A DNA stretch of 64,000 bases from Frankiaceae bacterium (GCA_016650445.1 JAENVS010000042.1:14327-78326), one strand, 5' to 3'; positions 50,541 through 60,955 are shown, counted from the stretch's first letter. Numbers and translations are program-made. The notes: generated by a model from the letters alone, not told the origin.

Positions 50541-52490
50541 CTATCCGGCGGTCAGCTTGAACGGCGGCGGTGTCGTGCCGGTCGGCGGGATCTTCAAGCC
50601 GCGCAGGGCGAACGACATGACGTCCTTGAACACCGGTCCCGCGGTGGACCCGCCGTAGTAGCCGTTGCGACCGGTCCCCTGCAGGACGACCGCGGTCACG
50701 AGCCGCGGTGCGTCCGCCGGCGCGAAGCCGATGAACGAGCTCGTGTAGTTGCCGAGGGCGTACCGGCCGTTGACGACGCGCTGCGCCGTACCCGTCTTAC
50801 CCGCGATCCGGTAGCCGGGGACCGCCGCGAGCGGCGCGGTGCCCTCGGCACTGACAACGGCCTCCAGCATCAGCCGGAGCTGGGCCGCAACCTCCGCCGA
50901 GATGACGCGCCGGGTCTGCGGCTTCGCAGCCGGGACGAGATGCCCGGACGCGTCGGCGACACCCTTGACGACGGTCGGAGCGACCCGGACGCCGCCGTTG
51001 GCAACGGTCGCGTAGACGGACGCCACCTGCATGACGTTGGTCGAGACGCCTTGCCCGATCGGGATGGTGGCGATCGACGTGCCGGACCAGTCCTCCGGCT
51101 TGGGCAGCAGCCCGCGGCTCTCGCCCGGCAGACCCAGACCGGTCTTCTCGCCGTAGCCGAACCGGCGCATCGCGTCGTACAGGCCCTGCGCGCCGACCCG
51201 CTGCGCCACCATCACCGAGCCGGTGTTGGACGACTTGGCCAGTACGCCGGCGAACGTGAGGTTCCAGGTCGGGTGCGGGTGGGAGTCGTGCACGATGTGC
51301 CGGCCGACGCGATAGGTGTCGTTGACGGTGATCGGCGTCTCCGGGGTGACGACGCCCGCTTCGAGAGCCGCCGCCGCGGTGATGATCTTGTTCACCGAGC
51401 CGGGCTCGAAGACGTCGACGATCGCGACGTTCTTCAACGTCTGCGGGGCCGGCTTGGTCGTGCGGTCGTCGGGGTTGAAGGTCGGCGCGGTGGCGAGCGC
51501 GAGGACCTCGCCGGTGCGCACGTCCATCACGACGACGGTGCCGTTGACAGCCTGCGTCTCGGCGACCTTCTTCGTCAGCAGGTCCTGCGCGTACCACTGC
51601 AGGTCGCGGTCGATCGTCAGCTGCACCGCGCGGCCGGGGACCGGCTCCACCGTCGTCGTCGAGCCGGTCGGGATGACGCGACCGGCCTGGTCGACCTCTG
51701 CGGTCGCCTTGCCGTTCTTGCCGGCGAGCACAGCTTGCATACCGGACTCGACGCCGGCCAGGCCACGCCCGTCGCGGTCGGTGAACCCGGTCACGCTGAC
51801 GGCGAGGTCGCCGGCGGGGTGCGTGCGCTGCGTCTCCTGCAGCACGCCGACACCGACGAGGCCGAGCTCGCGGACCTGCCTGCCGACGGTTGCGTCAAGG
51901 CCGCGGGCGAGGTAGACGAACGCGCTCGAGCGGGCGAGCTTGGCCGCGATCTCCGCTGCCGGCAGGCGCAGCACCGGCGCCAGCGCGGCGGCAATGGTCT
52001 GCGGGGTGCACGGCTTGGTCGCGCCGGGCCGGCAGTCCGCCTTGGCGATGATGCGCGGCTCGCCGTAGACCGCGCGGGCATCGACCGACTGCGCCAGCGC
52101 CTGGCCGCTCCGGTCGGTGATCTCCCCTCTCGGCGCAATCAGCGTCGTCGTGCGCAGCCGCTGCGAGGTCGCGTCGGCGGCGTACGCCGTCGCCTGCAGC
52201 CCCTGCAGCCAGACGAGCCGGCCGGCGAGGATCACGAGGATGACCAGGACGAACGCGAACCCGCCGCGCAGCCTCAGCCCGGGCTGACCGAGCGGGGTGG
52301 TCCGCCGGACCGGGCGCCGACCGGCGGGCCGGGGGGTCGGCCGGGTCCTGGTCTGCGTCGCGCTCTTGCGGTCAGGAGCGGCCCGGCGGGCGGACGCGGA
52401 CCTGGACGCGGACGCGGACCTGGAGGCGGAGGCGGAGGCGGCGGCCGGACGCCGCTTCGGCGGGGGCGTCCCGCGGCGCGTCGTGGTCAT
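50541..52490 (-). CDS. ftsI: Class B penicillin-binding protein (division transpeptidase)
   Basis: 649 aa. Ser/Ala/Arg-rich cytoplasmic N-terminus, one TM segment, dimerisation domain, and transpeptidase motifs (SVNK-type serine motif in PGSVNK, SSN in KSSN, KTGT). Confidence 0.9.
   Translation of the reverse strand: MTTTRRGTPPPKRRPAAASASASRSASASRSASARRAAPDRKSATQTRTRPTPRPAGRRPVRRTTPLGQPGLRLRGGFAFVLVILVILAGRLVWLQGLQATAYAADATSQRLRTTTLIAPRGEITDRSGQALAQSVDARAVYGEPRIIAKADCRPGATKPCTPQTIAAALAPVLRLPAAEIAAKLARSSAFVYLARGLDATVGRQVRELGLVGVGVLQETQRTHPAGDLAVSVTGFTDRDGRGLAGVESGMQAVLAGKNGKATAEVDQAGRVIPTGSTTTVEPVPGRAVQLTIDRDLQWYAQDLLTKKVAETQAVNGTVVVMDVRTGEVLALATAPTFNPDDRTTKPAPQTLKNVAIVDVFEPGSVNKIITAAAALEAGVVTPETPITVNDTYRVGRHIVHDSHPHPTWNLTFAGVLAKSSNTGSVMVAQRVGAQGLYDAMRRFGYGEKTGLGLPGESRGLLPKPEDWSGTSIATIPIGQGVSTNVMQVASVYATVANGGVRVAPTVVKGVADASGHLVPAAKPQTRRVISAEVAAQLRLMLEAVVSAEGTAPLAAVPGYRIAGKTGTAQRVVNGRYALGNYTSSFIGFAPADAPRLVTAVVLQGTGRNGYYGGSTAGPVFKDVMSFALRGLKIPPTGTTPPPFKLTAG
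52391..52445. repeat. Short in-frame tandem repeat in the 5' end of ftsI
   Basis: gacgcggacctgga recurs at an 18-bp period (52393 and 52411), followed by ggcgga x3. The region encodes SASASRSASASRSASA. Confidence 0.6.
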
Positions 52491-53005
52491 CGGGGCGTCC
52501 CCGGGACGACGACCCAGGTGCCCTCGGCAGGAGCCGCGGGCTGGGCCTTCTTGGCCGTGGCCGGCTTCGCAGCGGGGGCCGGCTTCGAGGGAACGACGGG
52601 CGGCGGCGCCGCCTGCCCCGGGACGGCTGCACCGATGACCTTGCCGTCCGCGAGCCGCAGGAACGCGGGCGGCCCGCCCGGCACCATCCCGAGCGCGCCG
52701 GCGCGGTTGGCCAGCGATGCCGGGGACTGCAGTCGCTCGACCTCGCGCTGCAGCGCCTGCTCCTGGTCGGCGAGCTGCCGGCCCTGCACCTGGAGCGAGT
52801 GCAGCCGGAAGGCGTCCTGGGCGAGAACCGTGTTGAGCAGCAGCAGGAGCAGCAGACCGACGGCGAGGATGCCGACGACGACCGCGATGAACGGCGCCCG
52901 AGCAGCACTCGACCGCCGGGTGGCGACGAGACGCAGGTAGGCAGCGGACCGCGCAGACGGTCGCGCTGCTGGCCGGGTCAGCGACCGCGCGGTGGCCGCG
53001 CTCAC
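52487..53005 (-). CDS. ftsL: FtsL-like septum formation protein
   Basis: 172 aa. One TM segment ([19 protein letters not shown]) followed by a coiled coil. Sits in the conserved position between rsmH and ftsI and overlaps both. Confidence 0.6.
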   Translation of the reverse strand: MSAATARSLTRPAARPSARSAAYLRLVATRRSSAARAPFIAVVVGILAVGLLLLLLLNTVLAQDAFRLHSLQVQGRQLADQEQALQREVERLQSPASLANRAGALGMVPGGPPAFLRLADGKVIGAAVPGQAAPPPVVPSKPAPAAKPATAKKAQPAAPAEGTWVVVPGTPR

Positions 53006-53961
53006 GCTGCTTCGCGCATTCGCTCAGCGGCGCGCAGGCGCACCGATGCGGCGCGCGGGTTGGTCTCGACCTCGGCCACGGAGGCCTGCTCGGAGCCGCG
53101 CACGAGCAACCGCAGCTCGGGCTCCGAGCCCGCGGGGATGAACGGCAGGTCGATCGGCACGTCGCTGGTCGACCTGGCGACGAGCTCGGCCTTCACGATG
53201 CGGTCCTCGAGGGACTGGTACGACAGCACGACGAGGCGGCCGCCGACGGCGAGCGCATCGATCGCGGCAGGGATCGCGCGTCGCAGGACGCCGAGCTCGT
53301 CGTTGACCTCGATGCGCAGGGCCTGGAAGGTCCGCTTGGCGGGGTGACCGCCGGTCCGCCGCGTCGCGGCCGGGATCGCGCTGCGCACCAGCTCGGCGAG
53401 CCGGGCCGTGCTCGTGAAGGGCTCCTTGTCGCGCTCGCGCACGATCGCGTCGGCGATGCGGCCCGCGAACCGCTCGTCGCCGTACTCCCGCAGGACCCGC
53501 GCGAGGTCCTTGCCGGCGTACGTGTTGACGATGTCGGCGGCGGTGCGGCCGCGCGTCGGGTCCATCCGCATGTCGAGGGGTGCGTCCTGCGCGTAGGCGA
53601 AGCCTCGCTCGGCCTCGTCGAGCTGCAGCGAGCTGACGCCGAGGTCGAACAGCACGCCCTGGACGCGCTCGAGCCGCAGCTCGGCGAGGACCGCGGGCAG
53701 CTCGTCGTACACGGCGTGCACGAAGGTCGTGCGATCGGCGTACGACGACAGGCGGGACGTGCTGCGCCGCAGCGCCTCCGGGTCACGGTCGACACCGACC
53801 AGCCGGGCGGGCGTCGCGGCGAGCAGGGCCTCGGCGTGCCCACCCATGCCGAGCGTGCAGTCGACAACGACGGCATCTGGTCCGGTGAGGGCCGGGGCCA
53901 GCAGACCGACGCACCGGTCGAGCAGCACCGGCACGTGCGCCGGGCGGCCAGGAGAGGTCAT
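53002..53961 (-). CDS. rsmH: 16S rRNA (cytosine1402-N4)-methyltransferase
   Basis: 319 aa. [15 protein letters not shown] and DLGVSS.QLD motifs. Confidence 0.93.
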   Translation of the reverse strand: MTSPGRPAHVPVLLDRCVGLLAPALTGPDAVVVDCTLGMGGHAEALLAATPARLVGVDRDPEALRRSTSRLSSYADRTTFVHAVYDELPAVLAELRLERVQGVLFDLGVSSLQLDEAERGFAYAQDAPLDMRMDPTRGRTAADIVNTYAGKDLARVLREYGDERFAGRIADAIVRERDKEPFTSTARLAELVRSAIPAATRRTGGHPAKRTFQALRIEVNDELGVLRRAIPAAIDALAVGGRLVVLSYQSLEDRIVKAELVARSTSDVPIDLPFIPAGSEPELRLLVRGSEQASVAEVETNPRAASVRLRAAERMREAA

Positions 53962-53962
53962 G

Positions 53963-54109
53963 TCAGCCGAGGAGGGTGAGGGTTGCCTGCGCGGCGACGG
54001 TCACGGCGGCGGTGACGGCCATGCAGACCCCGAGGAGGACGAGGCTCTCGCGCACCTCTTCACCGAGGCCGCCGTCGTTCTCCGGGTTGTGCGCTGTCGT
54101 GCTGTCCAT
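53963..54109 (-). CDS. Unlisted 48-codon ORF encoding a putative small membrane peptide
   Basis: Reads [48 protein letters not shown]. It is below the ORF-track cutoff. 44 of 48 third codon positions are G/C versus about half at second positions. GAGAGGG lies upstream of the ATG. The stop (53963-53965) is one base from the rsmH start codon. Confidence 0.45.
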   Translation of the reverse strand: MDSTTAHNPENDGGLGEEVRESLVLLGVCMAVTAAVTVAAQATLTLLG

Positions 54110-54213
54110 CTCGACCCTCTCGGTGGTGCCTCGTGCTGCCTCCCGGGCTCGCGGACCCGGGTTCGGTGTGCGTTGGTTCTTGGGCTGGCAGCTCCCTGTC
54201 GCCAGGTCCCCGC

Positions 54214-54259
54214 CCGCTCCCCGCCTGGCGCCGGGGAAGGTGCGCCAGGAAGGGAGCGG
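54214..54259 (-). promoter_or_regulatory. Long GC-rich hairpin in the mraZ-rsmH spacer (possible mraW-type leader or attenuator)
   Basis: Minus-strand RNA reads CCGCUCCC-UU-CCUGGCGC-[ACCUUCCCCG]-GCGCCAGG-C-GGGGAGCGG, giving 8+8 bp. Two further hairpins follow (CUGGC..GCCAG; CCCGGG..CCCGGG at 54143-54162). Confidence 0.4.
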
Positions 54260-54302
54260 TCGGAGGCCTCGAGACAGGGCACTGGCCCAGGAGCCGCAGC
54301 GG

Positions 54303-54731
54303 TCAGAGCAGGCCGGGCACCCCCTCGTCCTGGTCGGCGAAGGCCTGCTCCTGCTCGGCCTCGTAGGTCGCCCACGCGGCGGCGTCCCAGATCTCGAGCC
54401 GGGTGTTGGCGCCGATGACGACGCAGTCCTTGGTCAGGCCGGCGTACTGGCGCAGCGGCGGTGGGAGCGTGACCCGGCCGGTCTTGTCCGGGATCTCGTC
54501 CGAGGCGCTGCTGAAGAACATCCGGCCGTAGTCGCGGGCGGCCTTGGAGCTCAACGACGCGCTCTGCAGCTCCTCGGCCTTGGCGGCGAAGGCGGCGCGG
54601 GTGAACACGTACAGGCATCGCTCCTGGCCTCGGGTGATCACCACACCTCCCGCCAGCTCGTCCCGGAACTTCGCCGGCAGGAACAGCCGGCCTTTGTCGT
54701 CGAGACGAGGGGTGTGCGTGCCGAGAAACAC
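54303..54731 (-). CDS. mraZ: Transcriptional regulator MraZ
   Basis: 142 aa. Starts [26 protein letters not shown] and has the duplicated SpoVT/AbrB-like DxxGR motif. GTG start with GAAGGAG upstream. Confidence 0.93.
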   Translation of the reverse strand: MFLGTHTPRLDDKGRLFLPAKFRDELAGGVVITRGQERCLYVFTRAAFAAKAEELQSASLSSKAARDYGRMFFSSASDEIPDKTGRVTLPPPLRQYAGLTKDCVVIGANTRLEIWDAAAWATYEAEQEQAFADQDEGVPGLL

Positions 54732-54761
54732 GGCCGCTCCTTCCCCGTTGCTCCGATGTCC

Positions 54762-54792
54762 ACCACGTTACTCCACTTTCCCCCATCGTCAA
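54762..54792 (-). promoter_or_regulatory. Candidate mraZ promoter overlapped by three phased MraZ-type boxes
   Basis: Minus strand reads TTGACG (54787-54792), a 16-nt spacer, then TAACGT (54765-54770). The direct repeats ATGGG, GTGGA and GTGGT are separated by 5-nt spacers; their plus-strand complements sit at 54782-54786, 54772-54776 and 54762-54766. Confidence 0.5.
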
Positions 54793-55066
54793 CGCAACAG
54801 ACCTCCTTAAGTCCCCACGTCTCCTCCCCCTTTTTCGGCGCCGGCGCCGGACACGTCGGGCAAAGCCGGACACAACGGCGTCGTACACCGACGGACGTCC
54901 GGGGAAGGGGGCGCCCCGGCGCCCGCTTCCCCGGACGCAACAGCGGGGGCGGGATCCTTTGCCGAACCGTTGTCGTCTAACGGGTGCCGACATCCCCCGC
55001 GAATGCGAGCATGCTGTGACTGCAGTCAGCCCGGCCACCAGGCCGCCGTCACAGGAGGCCCTCCCG

Positions 55067-56068
<1,002 letters not shown>

Positions 56069-56075
56069 GCCGCGC

Positions 56076-57365
56076 TTGACCGGTGCACTGGCCGCACTGA
56101 GCGGCCTGACGACGCGCGGCAGGTGTCTGCTCGCGGCGGGCATCGCCCTCGTCGCCTGCGCCGTCGCTCTCGGCCAACGCGACCTGCTGCGCGCCGGAGT
56201 GTTCCTCGCGGTGCTGCCCGTCGCTGCCGTCGCCGTCGTGGCGCGGACGCGCTACCGGCTCGCGTGCAGTCGTCGGCTCGAGCCTCCGCGCGTCGAGTCA
56301 GGACGGGTCGCGACGGTGCGGCTGCGGTTGGACAACGTGTCGCGGCTGCCCAGCGGCGTCCTGCTCATGGAGGACACGCTGCCCTACACCCTCGGCGGCC
56401 GGCCGCGGTTCGTGCTCGACAAGATCGAGCCGCGCGGGGTGCGCGACGTCACCTACCCCGTGCGGGCGGACACCCGCGGCCGCTACAGCGTGGGGCCGCT
56501 CGCCGTGCGCCTCACCGACCCCTTCGGGCTGTGCGAGCTGACGCGGTCGTTCGCCACCGTCGACGATCTGATCGTGACGCCGGTCGTGAGCTCGCTTCCG
56601 TCGGTGCGGCTCGGCGGCGACTGGGCCGGTGGCGGCGACTCGACAGCGAGGTCGGTCGCGGCGAGCGGGTCCGATGACGCAGCGACGCGCGAGTACCGCC
56701 ACGGCGACGACCTGCGCAAGGTGCATTGGCGGTCCACGGCGCGCGTCGGCGAGCTCATGGTCCGGCGCGAGGAGCAGCCGTTCCAGAGCCGGGCGACGAT
56801 GCTGCTCGACGGCCGGCTCAACGCGCACCGCGGTGACGGCCCCGGTTCGTCGTATGAGTACGCCGTCAGTGCCGTCGCCAGCATCGCCATCAGCTTGTTG
56901 CGGGCGGGTTTCCTGCTGCGGCTCCTCGGTGAGAACGGCGAGGACATCGGGCCGCCGCACGTGACACTCACCGAGAACGTGTTCCTCGACTCGCTCGCGT
57001 TGGTCGAGACGTCACGCGGGCACTCGCTGGGACCGGCGACGGCACGGCTGCGCAGCGGCACCGACGGGGTGCTGGTCGCGGTGCTCGGCGCGCTCGACGT
57101 CGAGGACGCAGAGCGACTCGCCAGACTGCGCGTCGGCGTCGGCACGTGCATCGCGGTCCTGCTCGACGTCGACAGCTGGGCACCGATCAGCGCGCGTCAG
57201 CGCACGAGCGCGCAGCAGGGAACCGAGCGCATCCGCGCGCTGCTGTCCGGCGCCGGCTGGCGCGTCCTGCCGGTCTCCTACGGCACGACACTCGCGTCGG
57301 TCTGGCCGCTCGCCGGCACCCGCACCCTGTCCGCCGAGGCGCCCGCGAAGCAGGCCCTGGCATGA
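56076..57365 (+). CDS. DUF58 domain protein (MoxR partner)
   Basis: 429 aa from the TTG at 56076, 10 nt after GGAGG. Two N-terminal TM segments. DUF58 signature TREYRHGDDLRKVHWRSTAR. Confidence 0.85.
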   Translation: MTGALAALSGLTTRGRCLLAAGIALVACAVALGQRDLLRAGVFLAVLPVAAVAVVARTRYRLACSRRLEPPRVESGRVATVRLRLDNVSRLPSGVLLMEDTLPYTLGGRPRFVLDKIEPRGVRDVTYPVRADTRGRYSVGPLAVRLTDPFGLCELTRSFATVDDLIVTPVVSSLPSVRLGGDWAGGGDSTARSVAASGSDDAATREYRHGDDLRKVHWRSTARVGELMVRREEQPFQSRATMLLDGRLNAHRGDGPGSSYEYAVSAVASIAISLLRAGFLLRLLGENGEDIGPPHVTLTENVFLDSLALVETSRGHSLGPATARLRSGTDGVLVAVLGALDVEDAERLARLRVGVGTCIAVLLDVDSWAPISARQRTSAQQGTERIRALLSGAGWRVLPVSYGTTLASVWPLAGTRTLSAEAPAKQALA

Positions 57366-57378
57366 ACGCACCCCCGAG

Positions 57379-59760
57379 ATGAGCAGCCGGGAGCGGCTGA
57401 CCCTCGCCGTCGCGCTGTCCGTCGCCCTGGGCTCGGCTGCCGTCGTACCGCTGTACGCCGACCTGCACTGGGTGCTCAAGGCTGCCGGTGGGATCGCCGC
57501 CGTCGCCGCCGCCGGGCTGCTCACCCGGCGGGCCAACGTGCCGGGCATCCTGCAGCCCCTGGCGGGTGCCGCGGCCTTGCTCGCCTACGTCGCGGTCGTC
57601 TTCGCGCGCACCACGTTGGCCTACGGCTTGCTGCCGACGGGTGAGACCGTCACGGCGCTGAACAACCTGCTGCAGGCCGGCCTCACCGACATCGAGCGGC
57701 TCGCACCACCGGTGCCGTCCAACCAGGGCCTCACGTTGATCGCGGTGCTCGGCGTCGGCGCCGTCGCGATCGTGGTCGACCTGGTCGCGGTCGTGCTCGG
57801 ACGTGCCGCCGCCGCCGGGCTTCCGCTGCTCGTGCTGTTCGCCGTGCCGTCCGCGGTGCTCCCCGGCGGGCTCGGCTGGATCCCGTTCGTCTTCGTCGCG
57901 GCCGGCTGGCTCTGGCTGATGCTCGTCGAGGGTGGTGACCGCGTCAGCCGCTGGGGGACGCCGCTGAAGACGGCGCGGCCCGATCGCACCGCCCGCTACG
58001 ACGACACCTCCCTGGGTCGCGTCGGCCGCCGGATCGGTGCGGCCGCACTCGGCGTCGCCGTCGTCGTGCCGGCGATGATCCCGGGGCTCGACGCGCGCCT
58101 GCTGGGTGGCGGTGGCGGCGGCGACGGCGAGGGCAGCGGGTCGCGGACCACGACGACGTACAACCCGATCACCAAGCTCCGCGACGACCTGCGGCTGCCG
58201 CGACCGCGCGACATCCTGGTCTACAGCCCCAGCAAGACCCCCGACTACCTGCGGATGACGACGCTCGATCGCTTCAACGACGCCGGCTGGTCGTCGTCAC
58301 GGCTGTCCGGCAACCCGAAGCGCGACGGTGTCAAGGGCACGCTGCCACGGCCCAACGGGCTGACCTCGGCCGACAGCAGCGAGATCAAGATGCAGATCCA
58401 GATCCGCAGCCTCGATGCGCAGTGGCTGCCGGTGCCCGCGGTCCCGAGCCGCGTGCGCGTCGACGGCCCGTGGCTGTACGACGAGAAGAGCGAGACGGTC
58501 TTCGGGATCCGCACCGGGACGAAGAAGCTGAAGAAGACCTACTCGGTGACGGCGATCCAGGTCCGGCCCGACCGGGCGCTGCTGGCCGAGGGGATCGACA
58601 CCGGCGGCGACAACGACATCCGCCAGTACGCGCTCGACCCGGGCGACGAGGTCACGTCGTACGTTCGAAAGCTGACCGAAGGCATCGTCAGCAAGGCCAA
58701 GAACAACTACCAGCGCGCCGCTCTGATCCAGGCCTACTTCGACCCCAAGAACGGCTTCACGTACTCCGAGACCAGCACGGTGCCGGGCATCGAGAGCTCG
58801 AGCGCGCTCGAGGACTTCCTCAAGGGCAAGCAGGGCTTCTGCGAGCAGTACGCCTCGGCGATGGCGGCGATGCTGCGGATCGCCGGGGTCCCGGCGCGCG
58901 TCGCGGTGGGCTTCACCGCGGGTCAGCCGCAGACCGACGGCACGTACAAGGTCACGACCGACGACGCGCATGCGTGGCCGGAGGCGTGGTTCCAGGGGAC
59001 CGGCTGGATCCGGTTCGAGCCGACACCGCGTCGCGACGGCCAGACGACCGTTCCGGCGTACACGCTGGCCAACGGCAGCTCGACCAGCGGACCCGAGCCG
59101 GGGCTGGGCGGACCCGACCTGCCGGACTTCGCGCCCGGCAGCGACGAGGAGTCGACGAGCGCCCTGCAGGAGAAGCTCGACCGGCTCGACAACGCATCGC
59201 CGGCGATCGCCGAGGACGAGACCGTCGCCGCTCCCGATCGCGGCCGAGGTCCCCTCGTGGCGATCGGCCTGGTGGCGCTTGCCCTTGCGACCGCGCTTCC
59301 ACGAGTCCTGCACGTGCTCCGCCGCCGCCGCCGCTGGCAGGTCGGTGGCGCACCGGCCGGCTGGGCCCAGGTGCACGACGACGCCGTCGACGTCGGCCAC
59401 GTCTGGCGACCGGCGGACTCCCCTCGGGCGGCGGCCGCCGCACTCGCGCAACGACGCGAGCTCGACGGCACGGCCCGGGCAGCTCTCGGACGGATCGCTG
59501 TCGCCGCGGAGCGCGTCCGCTACTCGCGGGACGGCAGCGCCGACACGGCGGGTCTGCACGACGATGCGGCTGTGGTGCGCGCGGCTCTGCGCGCGTCGGC
59601 CGGTCGGGCGACCCGCGTGCGCTCGTGGCTGCTGCCGACGTCGACGCTGCGATGGGCGTCGTCGCGGCTCGGCACGTTCGTCGCCGACGTCCTCGACGGC
59701 TTCGACAACGGCTGGTCGGCACTGCGGCGGATGGTCACCCGTCGCCCCCGCGAGGCCTGA
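57379..59760 (+). CDS. Transglutaminase-domain membrane protein
   Basis: 793 aa. About six N-terminal TM segments. Transglutaminase core GFCEQYASAMAAMLR...DAHAWPEAWF...RFEPT. A C-terminal TM segment and tail follow. Confidence 0.85.
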   Translation: MSSRERLTLAVALSVALGSAAVVPLYADLHWVLKAAGGIAAVAAAGLLTRRANVPGILQPLAGAAALLAYVAVVFARTTLAYGLLPTGETVTALNNLLQAGLTDIERLAPPVPSNQGLTLIAVLGVGAVAIVVDLVAVVLGRAAAAGLPLLVLFAVPSAVLPGGLGWIPFVFVAAGWLWLMLVEGGDRVSRWGTPLKTARPDRTARYDDTSLGRVGRRIGAAALGVAVVVPAMIPGLDARLLGGGGGGDGEGSGSRTTTTYNPITKLRDDLRLPRPRDILVYSPSKTPDYLRMTTLDRFNDAGWSSSRLSGNPKRDGVKGTLPRPNGLTSADSSEIKMQIQIRSLDAQWLPVPAVPSRVRVDGPWLYDEKSETVFGIRTGTKKLKKTYSVTAIQVRPDRALLAEGIDTGGDNDIRQYALDPGDEVTSYVRKLTEGIVSKAKNNYQRAALIQAYFDPKNGFTYSETSTVPGIESSSALEDFLKGKQGFCEQYASAMAAMLRIAGVPARVAVGFTAGQPQTDGTYKVTTDDAHAWPEAWFQGTGWIRFEPTPRRDGQTTVPAYTLANGSSTSGPEPGLGGPDLPDFAPGSDEESTSALQEKLDRLDNASPAIAEDETVAAPDRGRGPLVAIGLVALALATALPRVLHVLRRRRRWQVGGAPAGWAQVHDDAVDVGHVWRPADSPRAAAAALAQRRELDGTARAALGRIAVAAERVRYSRDGSADTAGLHDDAAVVRAALRASAGRATRVRSWLLPTSTLRWASSRLGTFVADVLDGFDNGWSALRRMVTRRPREA

Positions 59761-59846
59761 CGCAGTCTGGGGCTCAGGCCACCCCTTGCCAGGGACCGGC
59801 GTTGCCTGACCGACCCAGGCTGTTCAGTTCAGCCTTGTCAGGGCGG

Positions 59847-60218
59847 TCAGTGCCATACAACCGGAACCACCCCGAGAGAACGCGCGCTGGCGCGGAGCCC
59901 GTTGTCCCGCGTCCACAGCTGGGTCCCCGCAGACAGCAGGGCAGAGCCAAGCAAGTGGACGTCGACCGCGCTCAAGCCCTTGCCCCAGAGCCCCCGCGAC
60001 GACACCAGCGTCAGCACTTCGTCGTGGCTCAGAGACGGGCACTGCCGCAACCTGCCGAGAGAGGCGAGCACGACGGCACGGTTCTTGATGCTGCCCAGCG
60101 CCAGCTCCTGGATGACCAGCGGATGGCAGGCGACCTCGTCGCGGCCAAGGAGGTCTGTCAGCGTCAAGTCGGCGGTGCGCAGATGGTCGATCCACACAGA
60201 GGTGTCGACCAGGATCAC
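59847..60218 (-). CDS. vapC: VapC PIN-domain ribonuclease toxin
   Basis: 123 aa. Starts MILVDTSVWIDHLR and carries the conserved acidic PIN residues. 4-nt overlap with the upstream antitoxin gene. Confidence 0.88.
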   Translation of the reverse strand: MILVDTSVWIDHLRTADLTLTDLLGRDEVACHPLVIQELALGSIKNRAVVLASLGRLRQCPSLSHDEVLTLVSSRGLWGKGLSAVDVHLLGSALLSAGTQLWTRDNGLRASARSLGVVPVVWH

Positions 60219-60412
60219 TGCGTGCTGCCACGCCTTCGCGGGGCTGCCTCGGCCTTCGGATCGCTGCCTCCAAGGGCGGCGAGTCGCCTGGCGCTCTCCA
60301 CGCGAATGAGGGTCTCGAGGCCCTCGCGGAGGAGCGCAGTCCGCTCTGTCACCCCTGTCAACTCGGCCGCGCGGTCGAGAAGGTCGTCGTCGATCGTCAC
60401 CGTGGTCCGCAT
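60215..60412 (-). CDS. vapB: VapB-type antitoxin
   Basis: 65 aa from the ATG at 60412 (MRTTVTIDDDLLDRAAELTG), the common VapB N-terminus. Confidence 0.7.
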   Translation of the reverse strand: MRTTVTIDDDLLDRAAELTGVTERTALLREGLETLIRVESARRLAALGGSDPKAEAAPRRRGSTQ

Positions 60413-60532
60413 GCCTGCTCCCGAGTCCACATCAAGAGTAGCATCATATAGTGCGCCGATTGATGATGGCCAACGAGCCTCCGGCATGGGAGAAGAACGC
60501 CGCTTACCGACCCCGAAGATTGGCGAGGAACA

Positions 60533-60955
60533 CTAGTCGCGGCCGCGCTCGTCCCAGCGCTTCTTCCAACGCTCCTCGAGACGGTTCAGCAGGCCGCCGG
60601 AGCTGGCGGCCTTCGGCCGCGACGAGCGCTGCTCCTTGCTGGGCCGGCCCTCGCTGCCGACGACGCGCAGCCCGGGGCTTCCGGTGCCGAGTCGCTTCCA
60701 GCTCGACAGGGCCAGCGCCAGCGCACCCACCATGACGACGAAGCCGCCGATGCCGACGGCCGGCATGTTGCTGACCAGCCCGCCGAGCATGACGACGATC
60801 CCGACGACGAAGACGAAGCCGGCCCGGCGCAGGCGGCGCTTCATGTGCGTGCGCAGGTCGGTCGAGCGGACCGACGACGCGAACTTCGGGTCCTCCTGGT
60901 AGAGCGCGCGCTCGATCTGGTCGAGCAGTCGCTGCTCGTGCTCAGAGAGCGGCAC
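60533..60955 (-). CDS. DUF3040-family membrane protein
   Basis: 140 aa. Starts MPLSEHEQRLLDQIERALYQEDPKFA, followed by two TM segments. GTG start with GGAGGGAG upstream. Confidence 0.8.
   Translation of the reverse strand: MPLSEHEQRLLDQIERALYQEDPKFASSVRSTDLRTHMKRRLRRAGFVFVVGIVVMLGGLVSNMPAVGIGGFVVMVGALALALSSWKRLGTGSPGLRVVGSEGRPSKEQRSSRPKAASSGGLLNRLEERWKKRWDERGRD

Noticed and set aside
48780-52940. 1386-aa plus-strand ORF across murF-murE-ftsI-ftsL
   Set aside because: It is an antisense shadow ORF of the dcw genes, with Arg/Gly/Pro-rich nonsense composition.
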